A stretch of 58,221 nt of DNA from a virus (lineage: Duplodnaviria > Caudoviricetes), in IMG/VR virus record IMGVR_UViG_3300048591_001185, positions 1-58,221 of that record. One strand, 5' to 3'. Below are positions 37,655 through 47,991 of the stretch, in pieces. Within the stretch, counting starts at the first letter, position 1. Every line of letters starts with the position of its first letter. Made by a program: the position numbers and the translations under genes. The notes beneath the pieces were generated by a model. It saw only the letters and a program-made list of their open reading frames with translations. It did no database searches and was not told where the DNA came from.

Positions 37655-38044
37655 ATGAATATTTTTGAAAGAGATAGGAAAAATGTTATATCAAATGCTG
37701 ATGCAAGATTGACTGAAGCTGAAAAAACTGGTATGAAAACACAACATGAATTTGAATTGATATTAAATGAAGCAGCAAATTTGAGAATGGAAAAAGTTTT
37801 ACAATATGGTGAAGAAAGGTATGATGAAAAAGATATTGATGTACAGCTATGGATGTTATATTGTGATATTTGGCGCAAGTTTAGTAGATTAAGGAAATTG
37901 ATAAAAAATATTATAAAAAATGAAGATTTGAAAAGTGTTGAAAAATTAAGAGATGACTGTTTGGATTTGCTTAATTATGGTGCCATGGGGGCTCAAATAA
38001 TAGACAGACTTGATTTGATAAATAAGTTTAATAAGAAACAATGA
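37655..38044 (+). CDS. Nucleotide modification associated domain 1 (DUF1599-like) protein
   Basis: K..QYG..KFSRL..DDCLDLLNYGAM pattern. Confidence 0.6.
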   Translation: MNIFERDRKNVISNADARLTEAEKTGMKTQHEFELILNEAANLRMEKVLQYGEERYDEKDIDVQLWMLYCDIWRKFSRLRKLIKNIIKNEDLKSVEKLRDDCLDLLNYGAMGAQIIDRLDLINKFNKKQ

Positions 38045-38742
38045 TAAAAATTTATAAAATTGAAAATATAGAAAGTGGAAAAATATATGTTGGTCAAACA
38101 TCAAAAAAAGGTAGAATGTGGAAAAATTATTATGGTAGTGGTGTTCATATAAAAAAGGCAATTAAAAAATATGGTAGGAATATTTTCAAAAAGAAAGTTT
38201 TGTGTTATTGTGGAACACAAAAATTAGTTGATGAAAAGGAAATATTTTACATAAAAAAGTATGATAGTCTGAACAATGGATATAATGAATGTCCTGGTGG
38301 AAGTGGTGTTGGAAGTGGTGAAGGAACACCATGGTATGGAAAGCATCATTCAGATGAAACAAAAAAGAAAATTGGCAAATTTAATAAGGGAAAAAAATTT
38401 TCAGATGAAATTAAGAAAAAGATGTCTGAATCAGCAAGGAAAGTTTGGGAAAATATGGAAGCTGAAAAAAGACAAAAGATGGAAGCAAGATTAAAAAATA
38501 CTGGTTACAGAAATATGGGTGATGAAGAAAAGAATGAATTGAAAAAGAAGCATAGCAAAAGGATGAAAGAATATTGGAAAAATCTTACACCAGAACAAAA
38601 GAAAAATAAATTGAAAAATATGGTTTCAAAAATTACACCAGAACAAAGAACTGAATTTGCTAAAAATGCAAATAGTCACAAAAAAGTCGATCAACATCAA
38701 AAAAAGGAACAAAACAATGGAAAAGAAAAAGACACCATTTAA
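38041..38742 (+). CDS. Free-standing GIY-YIG homing endonuclease with NUMOD3 repeats
   Basis: IYKIEN..IYVGQT, YYGSG, GYN..GG, GKHHSDETKKKI. Confidence 0.85.
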   Translation: MIKIYKIENIESGKIYVGQTSKKGRMWKNYYGSGVHIKKAIKKYGRNIFKKKVLCYCGTQKLVDEKEIFYIKKYDSLNNGYNECPGGSGVGSGEGTPWYGKHHSDETKKKIGKFNKGKKFSDEIKKKMSESARKVWENMEAEKRQKMEARLKNTGYRNMGDEEKNELKKKHSKRMKEYWKNLTPEQKKNKLKNMVSKITPEQRTEFAKNANSHKKVDQHQKKEQNNGKEKDTI

Positions 38743-39544
38743 CACTCTTGATAAAATGAAAACAGATGAAAAGATAGCAAATGCAATATCACCATTGAAT
38801 CTTGGACAGATTAATGAAGGTGTAAAAAATATTAAGGTCAAGATATTAGATTGGCCAGATGAAAAAAGAATGAAGGTGCTGCTTAGTAAAATGGTACAAG
38901 CAACCATTGGTGGAAATATTGAAGAAGAAATTAATGAAGAATTAGGTGAAGAACTTTTCAAAGGTGGATTACAGACTGGATTGGAAGCATTTAATGTTAG
39001 TTTTGAAATAAGTGGAGTAAGTAGGGCATTCACTCACCAATTTGTTAGAACAAGAAAAGCAGCATATCATCAACAATCAAGCAGATATACTTATATGGGT
39101 GATATGTTTAATGTAAGGATGCCCCAAACTATTGCTGACAACCCTGAAGCTAAAGCAATCTTTGAAAATTTTGTAAAGGTTTCAAGAGAAACATATGCAA
39201 AATTATGTGAGTTAGGTACACCTTTTCAAGATGCAAGGTTCACCTGCCCTGTTGGATTGGAAACATATATAATTGGTGAATTTCCATTAAAGGTTTTTAT
39301 GGACACATATCAATATCGTGGATGCATAATGTTCCAGTGGGAAATTACTCATGTATTTCTAGAGATGAGAAAACAACTAATTGAAAAATTACCATTCCTT
39401 GAACCATATATAAAAATCAGTTGTGAAAAGAATCACAAGTGTACATTTCAGGGCTGGGAAAATGTTGAAGAATATTGTGACTTGCCATGGGCTGGTGATA
39501 GAGTTTTCAAAAGTGAACATTTCACAAGTAATAATAAAAAATGA
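38717..39544 (+). CDS. thyX: FAD-dependent thymidylate synthase (ThyX) homolog with a variant signature
   Basis: FEISGVSRAFTHQFVRTR..QQSSRY, QDARF, QWEI; AAGGA SD before ATG 38717. Confidence 0.8.
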   Translation: MEKKKTPFNTLDKMKTDEKIANAISPLNLGQINEGVKNIKVKILDWPDEKRMKVLLSKMVQATIGGNIEEEINEELGEELFKGGLQTGLEAFNVSFEISGVSRAFTHQFVRTRKAAYHQQSSRYTYMGDMFNVRMPQTIADNPEAKAIFENFVKVSRETYAKLCELGTPFQDARFTCPVGLETYIIGEFPLKVFMDTYQYRGCIMFQWEITHVFLEMRKQLIEKLPFLEPYIKISCEKNHKCTFQGWENVEEYCDLPWAGDRVFKSEHFTSNNKK

Positions 39545-40206
39545 ATAAAACAATAAAAAAATGTCTGTGTGGCTGTGGGTCAACTGTTAATAATAAATGG
39601 AAAGTTGGTCATTGGATTAAGATGAACAACCCAACTAATTCATTACATGTTAGAAAATTAATATCTGATAGAATGAAGGCAGACAATCCATATTTTGATA
39701 ATTCAGAATTGAAGGAAAAGAAATCAAAAGAAATTAAGGAATGGTGGGCAAATAATCCAAAAGCTAAAATCAGCAAAGACAATTTGATAAAAGGAAATAT
39801 TAAAAGAAATAAAACTAAAAAACATAGGGAAATAGTATCAGACAATTTAAAAAGGAAATGGAAAACTAAAGAATATCAAGATATGATGCAAAAAAAATTA
39901 CACATCAAACCAAATATCAGTGAATTAAAATTATTAACAATATTAAGCAAATATGGATATAAATATTCAGGGGATTTCACTTTTTTTATAGATGGTAAAA
40001 ATCCAGATTTCATTCATTTGGAAGATAAAAGCATTGTTGAGCTATTTGGTGAATGGGTTCACCCAATTACTGATGAAATGGAAAGAACAAAATTTTTTAA
40101 TGATAGGGGATGGAAAGTGCTGATAATTTGGTACAATGAATTGAGAGATATGGATGCTGTTATTGATAAAATAAAAAAATATACATCAAATAATGAAAAG
40201 AAATAA
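39541..40206 (+). CDS. Free-standing PD-(D/E)xK (DUF559/Vsr-like) homing endonuclease
   Basis: CLCGCG N-terminus; NPDF..VELFGEWVH..GWKVLIIWYNEL. Confidence 0.7.
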   Translation: MNKTIKKCLCGCGSTVNNKWKVGHWIKMNNPTNSLHVRKLISDRMKADNPYFDNSELKEKKSKEIKEWWANNPKAKISKDNLIKGNIKRNKTKKHREIVSDNLKRKWKTKEYQDMMQKKLHIKPNISELKLLTILSKYGYKYSGDFTFFIDGKNPDFIHLEDKSIVELFGEWVHPITDEMERTKFFNDRGWKVLIIWYNELRDMDAVIDKIKKYTSNNEKK

Positions 40207-40208
40207 TA

Positions 40209-43200
40209 ATGTCAAAAATAGAATCAGTTGATTTTATACACCTTCACTGTCATTCAGAATATTCAGCACTTGATGCACTGCCTAAAGTTGAAGAATATGT
40301 AATAAAAGCTGCAGAGCTGGGCATGAAAGGATTAGCACTTAGTGAGCATGGAAACATGCGTAGTGTTGTTCAATTATTCATAAAATCAAAAGGCAAATTC
40401 ACTTTTAATGGTGAAAAATATGACCTGGCACCCATCAAACCAATTTCTGGAATTGAATTTTACATGTCTCCAATAAATCATCTTATCAAAGGAATTGATG
40501 AAGGTGAAAAGGCAGCCTTGAAAAATAAATGTTCAAATACAGCAGAGTATAAAGAAAAATTAAAAGAACTTGAATCCCAAAAGCAGGTAAGAAAAAGATA
40601 TCATTTACTTGCTTTTGCTAAAAATAATATTGGTTATAAAAATTTATTAATGCTGAATTATTTGTCTTGGAAAGATGGTTTTTATTATAGACCCAGAATT
40701 GATTTAGAATTATTGAAACAATATTCTGAAGGTTTGGCTGTAACAACAGCATGTATAGGTGGATTTGCACCAAGTTTATGGATTGATAAGAAACAAGATG
40801 AATCCTATATTTGGCTGAAAGAAATGAAAAAACTTTTTAAGGATGATTTATATGTTGAAATTCAGCCACACAACATTGAAGAACAAAGAATTGCTAATAT
40901 AGGAATGATACAACTTGCTGATGAATTAAAAATAAAGATTGTTGCCACCAATGATTGTCATTACTTGAATAAGGATGATTACAAGGCTCACAATGTTTTA
41001 TTAGCAATTCAATCTCATAAGCCATTGCAATCTGCTGATGCATGGAGATTTGATGACAATGCATTTTATATGAAAGACAAATGTGAAATGTTGGAATCAT
41101 TTTCAATAAATCACCCAACACTTAATAAACAGTTAGTTGTCAATGCCCTTGAAAATACAATGGAGATATATGAGAAATGTAATGTTGAATTATCAATTGA
41201 TAAAAAGCAAGGTATATTGCCTAAAGTTACAATACCAAAAGAATATAAATCACCAAAAAGTTATTTGATAAAATTATGTAAGGATGGTTGGGTTTGGAGA
41301 AATATTAAAGTAAGGGCAGAAAATTATTCTAAAAAAAATAATATAACTGAAATTAAAAGTTATAAAATGTATAAAGACAGGCTAAAACATGAACTGGATA
41401 GAATTGTAAGGTTGAGATTTGAAAAATATTTTTTAATAATACATGAATTGATATGGTGGGCAAGAAACAATGATATAATGGTCGGGCCAGGTCGTGGAAG
41501 TAGTTCAGGTAGCTTAGTGTGTTATCTGATAGGTATTACATCAGTTGACCCAATAGAATATGACTTGCTGTTTGATAGATTTTTAAATGAAAGTAGGATT
41601 GATTATCCAGATGTTGATATGGACTTTGAAGATACCAGAAGGAAAGAAATTTTCAAACATTTGTTTGATAAATATGGTTATGATTATGTTTCTTTGGTTG
41701 GAACTTTTGGAAAATTAAAGGGTAAACAAGCCCTGCAAGATGTTAGTAGAGTGCATAGCATAGATTATAGAGAAGTATCAGCAGTTACAAAACATATCAT
41801 AATAAGGTCAGGTGGTGATGCAAGAGCCAACCAATCAGTTGAAGATAGTTTCAAAGAGTTTGATGTGTGTAAGCAGTTTGATAAAAAATATCCAATGGTA
41901 TTGCCTTTTGTTAAAAAGTTGGAAGGGAAAATCAGGCAAGTTGGTATTCATGCCTGTGGGATACAATTATCACCAACTGTGATGGAAAGGTTCATACCAG
42001 TTGAATTCAGAGAAATAAAAGGTGAAGATGAAATAAAACTTTGGGGCACTAATAGATTAAAAGTGTCTGGAATTGACTGGCGTGATAGTCAGGATTTAGG
42101 ATTGGTTAAGATAGATGTGCTTGGATTGAAAACATTATCTGTTATAAAAGAAGCATTGAATGCTATTAATAAAAGGTATGATAAAAAGATTGATTTGGAA
42201 AAAATTAGTTTGGAAGACAAAAATGTATTAGGTGGTTTTACAAAAGGTGATTTTGTAGGAATATTCCAATTTGATAGTATTGGTATGACAAAGACTTGTG
42301 AGAAATTAAAGTTCACTGAATTTGAAGATATAATAACAATGAATGCTTTGTATAGACCTGGTGGCATGAGATGTATAAGTGGTGATACTAAGATAATGCA
42401 AAATTGGTGGGATGATAAAAAAAGAAATAATACCAAAAGATTTGTTTATTTAACAATTAAAGAAATGTATGAAAAATGGATTGATAATAAAATAAATCCT
42501 ATCAGAACTATTTTGTCATATGATAAAAACACTGGTAAGGTGGTCAGGAATGAAATAATAAAAATTGAAAAATCTGGTATTAAAAAAGTTTATAGTTTGG
42601 ATGTTAGATTATTTCAAAAGAAAAGTAAGTGTAATAACAATCCAAATAGAACCAGGAACTTAAAAACATCATCAGAGCATATAATAATGACTTTGGATGG
42701 TTGGAAAAAAATGGGTGATATTGAGATAGGAGATTATGCTCTTGTTAAATATAGTAACACAGTTGGTAAGTCAAAAAGAAAATATGGTATGCATCATATA
42801 TCAGAACATAATAAAAGAATGCACACCTTACAAGATAGAGCAAAATTTTTCTATAAAGATAAATGTTTTATTTGTGGATATGATGTTTTTACTGATGTTT
42901 GTCACATTGATAAAAATAGGAATAATAATAGCATTGATAATTATTTAATTCTTTGCCCAAATCATCATAGAGAATTTGATGGGGGTGTTTTAAAATTAAG
43001 TGATAATAAAATCACAAAACTGAAATCAGAAAATTGGCTTGGGAATAGCTATGATGATGATTTTGTTTTCTCTAAAGTAATGAGAAAGAATTATGAGGGT
43101 GAAGTAGAAACATATGATATTGAATGTAAATCACCATTAAATAATTATATTGCTGGTGAAGTTGTTGTTCATAATTCAGGTCTGACACAACATTTTGTGA

Positions 43201-45746
43201 ATAGAAAAATAGGAAAAGAAAAAGTTGAAAAGTTGCACCCAATTTATGATGAGATAACAAAAAGCACTTTGGGAATATTAGTATATCAAGAACAACTGAT
43301 AAAATGTTTTGTTAATCTTGCTGGCTATCACCCAGGCACAGCAGATGAAATTAGAAAAGCTGTGGCAAAAAGTTTTGGTGTTGAGTTTATTAATAAACAA
43401 AAGGAAATATTTGTTGAAGGTGCTGTTAAGAATGGTATGGATGTTAAGAAAGCTAATGAGCTATTTGAAAATATTTCATTCTTTGGGTGTCTTACTGGTG
43501 ATACATTGGTACATAGGATTAGTGCCAACCAATATCAGAAAGAACAAATATCATTGAGTGATTTATATGAGTATCAAAATAAACCTTATAATAATTTGCT
43601 GTATAAGAAATTAAAATTGAAATGTTTGATTGAAGATGAAGCTGTGGTAAAATATAATGACATGATTAAGGTTGTGAAAACTGGTGTTAAGAAAGTTTAT
43701 TTGGTTGAGACTGAATCTGGTAAGTTTTCAAAATCAACAATGGAACATGGTTATAAATTAAAAGATGGATGGAAGAAATTAAAATCAATAAATATAGGTG
43801 ATGAAATATGTGTCACTGATTTTGAAAAGCCAAAAAATAATTTAGGCATTGGCAAGGGCGGCAGGTCAAAGGGCAAGACATATAAAAATCATGGATTGCA
43901 AAAAGGTGAAAAAAATATAAATTATGTGAATGGTGTAACTGGTAAGGATGTTGAGTCAAGAAAAGCAATGGTTGAAGAACATGGTGAAAAGTGTATGGAA
44001 TGTGGTTCAACAAAATTTATAGAACAGCATCATAAAGATTTTAATCACAGTAATAACAAAAAAAATAATTTAATACTGCTTTGTAGGAAATGTCATAGAA
44101 ATAAACATAGTCATCAACTTAAAAGATATACAAAAGGATATTCAGTAAGGTATGAAAAGGTTATTACTATAAAATATTTGGGTGAAGAAGAATGTTATGA
44201 TGTGATGATGGAAAATCCAAATAATAATTTTGTTATAAATGATGGAATAATTGTTCATAATAGCTATGCATTTAACAAAGCTCATGCTGCAGCTTATTCA
44301 GTGATAGCTTATTGGGGGATGTATTTGAAAGTTTATTATCCAACAGAATTTTATTATGCTTTGATGAATAAAGAAAATGATATGGCTGAAATTCTAAGGT
44401 ATGTCATTGTTTCAAGAAAAGCTGGAGTTGATGTACAGATTGCTGATATCAATTTTGCTGACATTAATTTCAAAATAAAAGATGATAAAACAATTATTAG
44501 TGGGTTGGCAGATATCAAAGGATGTGGTATAAAAGCAAGTAATGAAATAGTTACCAACCAACCATACTCATCATTAAGAAATATGGTTGATAAAGTAAAT
44601 AGAAGGCAAGTACATAAAGGTGTAATTACATCACTTGTAAAAGCTGGTGCATTAAGGTCAATGTATCCAAATATTGGGGCATTACTTGAAGAAGTGAATT
44701 ATGATAATAGGAAAGAAAGAAACACAGGGGAACTTATCATCAAACCTGTTTGGGAATGGATGCTGATGTTAAGTGAAGAGGATGGAAATTTGTTATATAA
44801 GAATTGGGAAAACAAACTGGGAAATATGGATGAAGAACAACAGGTGAAGATAATGTCACAAGTTTGTCCAATACCACCTTATAAACATAAAATTGAATAT
44901 TATGATGGAACAATTAGAAAAATAATGAAAGATAGAAAAAATCTTGAGTTATATATACAACCAGATGAAAATTATGATAATGAATTAGAATTTAGTGAAT
45001 CAGGTTTGCATAGAAATAAAGGAATATTTATTGGTACATTGGTTGATATCAAATATAATAATGTTGGTGATTTTCATAAAGAAGAACCAGACAGTCAGGA
45101 AAAGAAAAGAATTGGTTGGGGTAAAAGATATTCAAATTTGAATATAGAGAATGTTTTGGGTATTAAAAGAGTGAATGTGGATATTTATACTTTTCCAACT
45201 TATAGACAAGTGATTGACAAAGGTTTACAAACACCAGTGTTAATCATAGGTTCTGTGTTAAAATGGAGTGAAGTGATATATGCTGATATTATTATTGATT
45301 TAGACCATTTTAGAGAAATTATGGAAATGAAATTGCCTATTAAACAAAGATATAATGAATTATTACCACAAGAAAAATATTTGTTGAAGCACCCAACAAC
45401 TTTCCATAATAAAGAAATGAAATCAAACTTAAAAAATATAAAATTTGACATCACTAAAGGTACAAGGCAAGTGATAGTTCTTGTTACAAGAGTAAAAAAT
45501 CATTGGACTAAAAAAGGTAAAAAAATGATGTTTATTGAGTTGGAAGATGAAACATCATATTTGTCAGTGATTGCTTGGCCAGAATGTGTTGTAAGGAATA
45601 GTAATAAAATGAAAACAGGTATGGTTGTTAAATTGTATATCAAAAAAAATAAAGATGGATATTTTATAGATGAACAAAGAAAGATTGAAATGATTAAAAA
45701 ATATTGGGAACAGGTTGGTACATCTGCTGGGGATATTTATAATTAA
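40209..45746 (+). CDS. dnaE: DNA polymerase III alpha subunit (family C) with two inteins
   Basis: PHP HLHCHSEYS, ATNDCHY, GPGRGS, PDVDMDF, KIDVLGL, YQEQ, YAFNKAH; C-terminal OB fold. Confidence 0.95.
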   Translation: MSKIESVDFIHLHCHSEYSALDALPKVEEYVIKAAELGMKGLALSEHGNMRSVVQLFIKSKGKFTFNGEKYDLAPIKPISGIEFYMSPINHLIKGIDEGEKAALKNKCSNTAEYKEKLKELESQKQVRKRYHLLAFAKNNIGYKNLLMLNYLSWKDGFYYRPRIDLELLKQYSEGLAVTTACIGGFAPSLWIDKKQDESYIWLKEMKKLFKDDLYVEIQPHNIEEQRIANIGMIQLADELKIKIVATNDCHYLNKDDYKAHNVLLAIQSHKPLQSADAWRFDDNAFYMKDKCEMLESFSINHPTLNKQLVVNALENTMEIYEKCNVELSIDKKQGILPKVTIPKEYKSPKSYLIKLCKDGWVWRNIKVRAENYSKKNNITEIKSYKMYKDRLKHELDRIVRLRFEKYFLIIHELIWWARNNDIMVGPGRGSSSGSLVCYLIGITSVDPIEYDLLFDRFLNESRIDYPDVDMDFEDTRRKEIFKHLFDKYGYDYVSLVGTFGKLKGKQALQDVSRVHSIDYREVSAVTKHIIIRSGGDARANQSVEDSFKEFDVCKQFDKKYPMVLPFVKKLEGKIRQVGIHACGIQLSPTVMERFIPVEFREIKGEDEIKLWGTNRLKVSGIDWRDSQDLGLVKIDVLGLKTLSVIKEALNAINKRYDKKIDLEKISLEDKNVLGGFTKGDFVGIFQFDSIGMTKTCEKLKFTEFEDIITMNALYRPGGMRCISGDTKIMQNWWDDKKRNNTKRFVYLTIKEMYEKWIDNKINPIRTILSYDKNTGKVVRNEIIKIEKSGIKKVYSLDVRLFQKKSKCNNNPNRTRNLKTSSEHIIMTLDGWKKMGDIEIGDYALVKYSNTVGKSKRKYGMHHISEHNKRMHTLQDRAKFFYKDKCFICGYDVFTDVCHIDKNRNNNSIDNYLILCPNHHREFDGGVLKLSDNKITKLKSENWLGNSYDDDFVFSKVMRKNYEGEVETYDIECKSPLNNYIAGEVVVHNSGLTQHFVNRKIGKEKVEKLHPIYDEITKSTLGILVYQEQLIKCFVNLAGYHPGTADEIRKAVAKSFGVEFINKQKEIFVEGAVKNGMDVKKANELFENISFFGCLTGDTLVHRISANQYQKEQISLSDLYEYQNKPYNNLLYKKLKLKCLIEDEAVVKYNDMIKVVKTGVKKVYLVETESGKFSKSTMEHGYKLKDGWKKLKSINIGDEICVTDFEKPKNNLGIGKGGRSKGKTYKNHGLQKGEKNINYVNGVTGKDVESRKAMVEEHGEKCMECGSTKFIEQHHKDFNHSNNKKNNLILLCRKCHRNKHSHQLKRYTKGYSVRYEKVITIKYLGEEECYDVMMENPNNNFVINDGIIVHNSYAFNKAHAAAYSVIAYWGMYLKVYYPTEFYYALMNKENDMAEILRYVIVSRKAGVDVQIADINFADINFKIKDDKTIISGLADIKGCGIKASNEIVTNQPYSSLRNMVDKVNRRQVHKGVITSLVKAGALRSMYPNIGALLEEVNYDNRKERNTGELIIKPVWEWMLMLSEEDGNLLYKNWENKLGNMDEEQQVKIMSQVCPIPPYKHKIEYYDGTIRKIMKDRKNLELYIQPDENYDNELEFSESGLHRNKGIFIGTLVDIKYNNVGDFHKEEPDSQEKKRIGWGKRYSNLNIENVLGIKRVNVDIYTFPTYRQVIDKGLQTPVLIIGSVLKWSEVIYADIIIDLDHFREIMEMKLPIKQRYNELLPQEKYLLKHPTTFHNKEMKSNLKNIKFDITKGTRQVIVLVTRVKNHWTKKGKKMMFIELEDETSYLSVIAWPECVVRNSNKMKTGMVVKLYIKKNKDGYFIDEQRKIEMIKKYWEQVGTSAGDIYN
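42372..43175 (+). mobile_element. Intein 1 in DnaE (268 aa) with HNH endonuclease
   Basis: LYRPGGMR|CISGDT ... TYDI..NNYIAGEVVVHN|S; CFICG..HIDKNRNNNSIDNYLILCPNHH. Confidence 0.92.
43488..44261 (+). mobile_element. Intein 2 in DnaE (258 aa) with HNH endonuclease
   Basis: FFG|CLTGDT ... CYDV..NNFVINDGIIVHN|SYAFNK; CMECG..HHKDFNHSNN..NLILLCRKCH. Confidence 0.92.
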
Positions 45747-45786
45747 TGAATATTTTTTGTATATTAAGTAAAATAAGGAATATAAT

Positions 45787-46407
45787 ATGGCAAGTCTGAA
45801 AAATGTAAAAGTAGAAAAAAAATCAGGTGGTACTGATTTAAGCACATTAATAAATGATAAAATTCAAGAAGCAATTGACATGCTTGATGTTACTTTGGAT
45901 AGTGATGACCCAGCACTGATTGAACAAATAACATTGGGTGATAATTGGGATGACCCATTTGCCCTTACAAAAGCAATGGACACTCAACCACTCTATTATT
46001 CAAGATGGGCAACTTTATTAAGAAAGTTGAAAAAATTTAAACAAGAACACCAGCAGAAATTTGATGTTTGGGCAAGTATTATAAAGGAAAATTTGGCAGA
46101 AGAAATATTTGATGAGAATGTTGAGTCAGGTATGACTGCTAATAATGCAAAGCCAACTAATCAGGCTGTTGAAAATAGATTTAACAAATATTATGTGAGT
46201 GCTGATGGTGATGAAAAAATGCATCATGAATATTTGGAAATGAGAAAAGAACTTGAGAAAGTTGATAACCAAATAGACACAGTTGAGATTGTAGTAAAAG
46301 CATTTGAACAAAGAAAAGATATGCTGGTTTCACTTGGTTCATTGGTTAGAAGTATGGTTGATAATCAGTTGATGATTTATAGAGATAAGAAAAAAATAAG
46401 AAAATAA
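45787..46407 (+). CDS. UvsY-like recombination mediator (putative)
   Basis: Helical; C-terminal KAFEQRKDML; near SSB and RecA. Confidence 0.45.
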   Translation: MASLKNVKVEKKSGGTDLSTLINDKIQEAIDMLDVTLDSDDPALIEQITLGDNWDDPFALTKAMDTQPLYYSRWATLLRKLKKFKQEHQQKFDVWASIIKENLAEEIFDENVESGMTANNAKPTNQAVENRFNKYYVSADGDEKMHHEYLEMRKELEKVDNQIDTVEIVVKAFEQRKDMLVSLGSLVRSMVDNQLMIYRDKKKIRK

Positions 46408-46435
46408 TTAACTAATAAAAAATGGAGTAAAGAAA

Positions 46436-46642
46436 ATGGGAAATAGTAAAGAACCAACATTGGCTGAAAATTTTAATCAGCTAAAACAATTGCTTATTGA
46501 TTCAGAAGGTGACATAATGAAAAATTTTGAAAAAGGAAATTATTCAGCAGGTCAAAGATTCAGAAAGACAATAAAAGAAGTAAAAACACTTTTATCAACA
46601 ATGAGAAAACAAACACTTGAGTTAAAAAAAGAAGTAAAATAA
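46436..46642 (+). CDS. Histone H1-like Hc1-family small protein
   Basis: KGNYSAGQRFRK resembles the Hc1 KGNxAAGxRxRK motif. Confidence 0.65.
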   Translation: MGNSKEPTLAENFNQLKQLLIDSEGDIMKNFEKGNYSAGQRFRKTIKEVKTLLSTMRKQTLELKKEVK

Positions 46643-46678
46643 AAAAAATTATATTAATAAATTTGGAGCAGATTCAAA

Positions 46679-47641
46679 ATGGCAAAAAAAGACATCAATC
46701 AAAAATATCAGGATGCTGCTGAAAGGGCAGATTCAGGTGATATCAATAAAGTCATACTGGAAAAAGGTGAAAACATAATAAGGATTGTTGACCTTAATTT
46801 TGAAGAAAACTATGTTGCTTATGTGGAAGACACTGAAGGCAATACAAGAAAAATTAGTATGACTGTTGACCAAAAAGAAAATAAAAAGAAATATGCTGCA
46901 TTATATGAATCAATATCTGACTTAAAAGCAAGTCATAGATATTATTTCAAAGCTATACAAGGAAAGAAAGTTGAAACAAAAACTGGTGTCAAAACAGTAT
47001 TTGACCCACAGGTTAAATTATTTGAAATTGGCCCAAGTATATTCAAACAAATTGCTGCTATACAGATGGATGGTGAATTTCCAGATGTAACTGAAATTAA
47101 TCTTAAAATAACCAGAAAAGGTGAAAAATTAAAAACTGAATATACAGTGATGCCAAATCCAAAACCATCACCAATGCCTGAGTTGGAAGGTGAATTGGAT
47201 TTATTAGCATTTGTTGAATCAACTGACATGAAAACTGTATATGATATAATTGGAACTGAAGCTGGTGAAGATTATGGTGAAAACACTGATGATGATGATG
47301 AAACATCTGATATACCTGAAGATGATGATATAGTTGAAGATAAAAAGCCTGCTGTGACTAAAGATAAAAAAACATCAAAGAAAAAACCAGAGCCAGAGCC
47401 AGAAGATGATGAAGAAGAAAATGAAGAAAATGAAGAAGTTGTAGCAGGTGATGAATTTGATGATATGGATAGAACAGAATTAAAGAAATATATTAAAGCC
47501 AATGGACTTGAAATAAGTGTTGTCAAATCTTGGAGTGATGATGTCATAAGAGAAAAAATCAGAGAACAAACAGCAACTGATGAAGATACTGTTGAAGATG
47601 ATGATGACTTGAGTGATCTTGATGATTTGGATGAAGATTAA
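46679..47641 (+). CDS. Single-stranded DNA-binding protein (gp32-like) with an acidic tail
   Basis: GENIIRIV, KITRKGEKLKTEYTVMP, long D/E-rich C-terminus. Confidence 0.65.
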   Translation: MAKKDINQKYQDAAERADSGDINKVILEKGENIIRIVDLNFEENYVAYVEDTEGNTRKISMTVDQKENKKKYAALYESISDLKASHRYYFKAIQGKKVETKTGVKTVFDPQVKLFEIGPSIFKQIAAIQMDGEFPDVTEINLKITRKGEKLKTEYTVMPNPKPSPMPELEGELDLLAFVESTDMKTVYDIIGTEAGEDYGENTDDDDETSDIPEDDDIVEDKKPAVTKDKKTSKKKPEPEPEDDEEENEENEEVVAGDEFDDMDRTELKKYIKANGLEISVVKSWSDDVIREKIREQTATDEDTVEDDDDLSDLDDLDED

Positions 47642-47661
47642 AATTTATTAATTAATTTAGG

Positions 47662-47693
47662 AAAGGGGGTACTATCAATGTACCCTTTTTTTT
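47662..47693 (+). terminator. Rho-independent terminator
   Basis: GGGTAC/GTACCC stem followed by T8. Confidence 0.75.
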
Positions 47694-47697
47694 ATAT

Positions 47698-47991
47698 ATG
47701 GCAGTTTACATATTACATTTTGAAAAAAAATTTTATCACACCCAACATTATATAGGTTGGACAAAAGGCAATTCAATAGAAGCTGTGCAAAAAAGATTGA
47801 AGACACATTTGGCTGGTAAAGGTAGCAAGATAGTAAGAAGTGTTGTTGCTTCAGGTATAAAGGTTGAAGTGGCAACAATTTTTATTAATGGTGATAGAAA
47901 GTTGGAAAGAAAATTGAAAGATAAAAAGAATGCTAAACAATTTTGTAGTATTTGCAATGATTTTTTAATAGACTATGGAGCAGAAACGTGA
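47698..47991 (+). CDS. Small GIY-YIG nuclease
   Basis: [28 protein letters not shown]. Confidence 0.7.
   Translation: MAVYILHFEKKFYHTQHYIGWTKGNSIEAVQKRLKTHLAGKGSKIVRSVVASGIKVEVATIFINGDRKLERKLKDKKNAKQFCSICNDFLIDYGAET

Noticed and set aside
38041-40206. Group I introns housing the GIY-YIG and DUF559-like endonucleases
   Set aside because: The flanking genes look complete and overlap or abut the endonuclease ORFs, leaving no room for an intron core.
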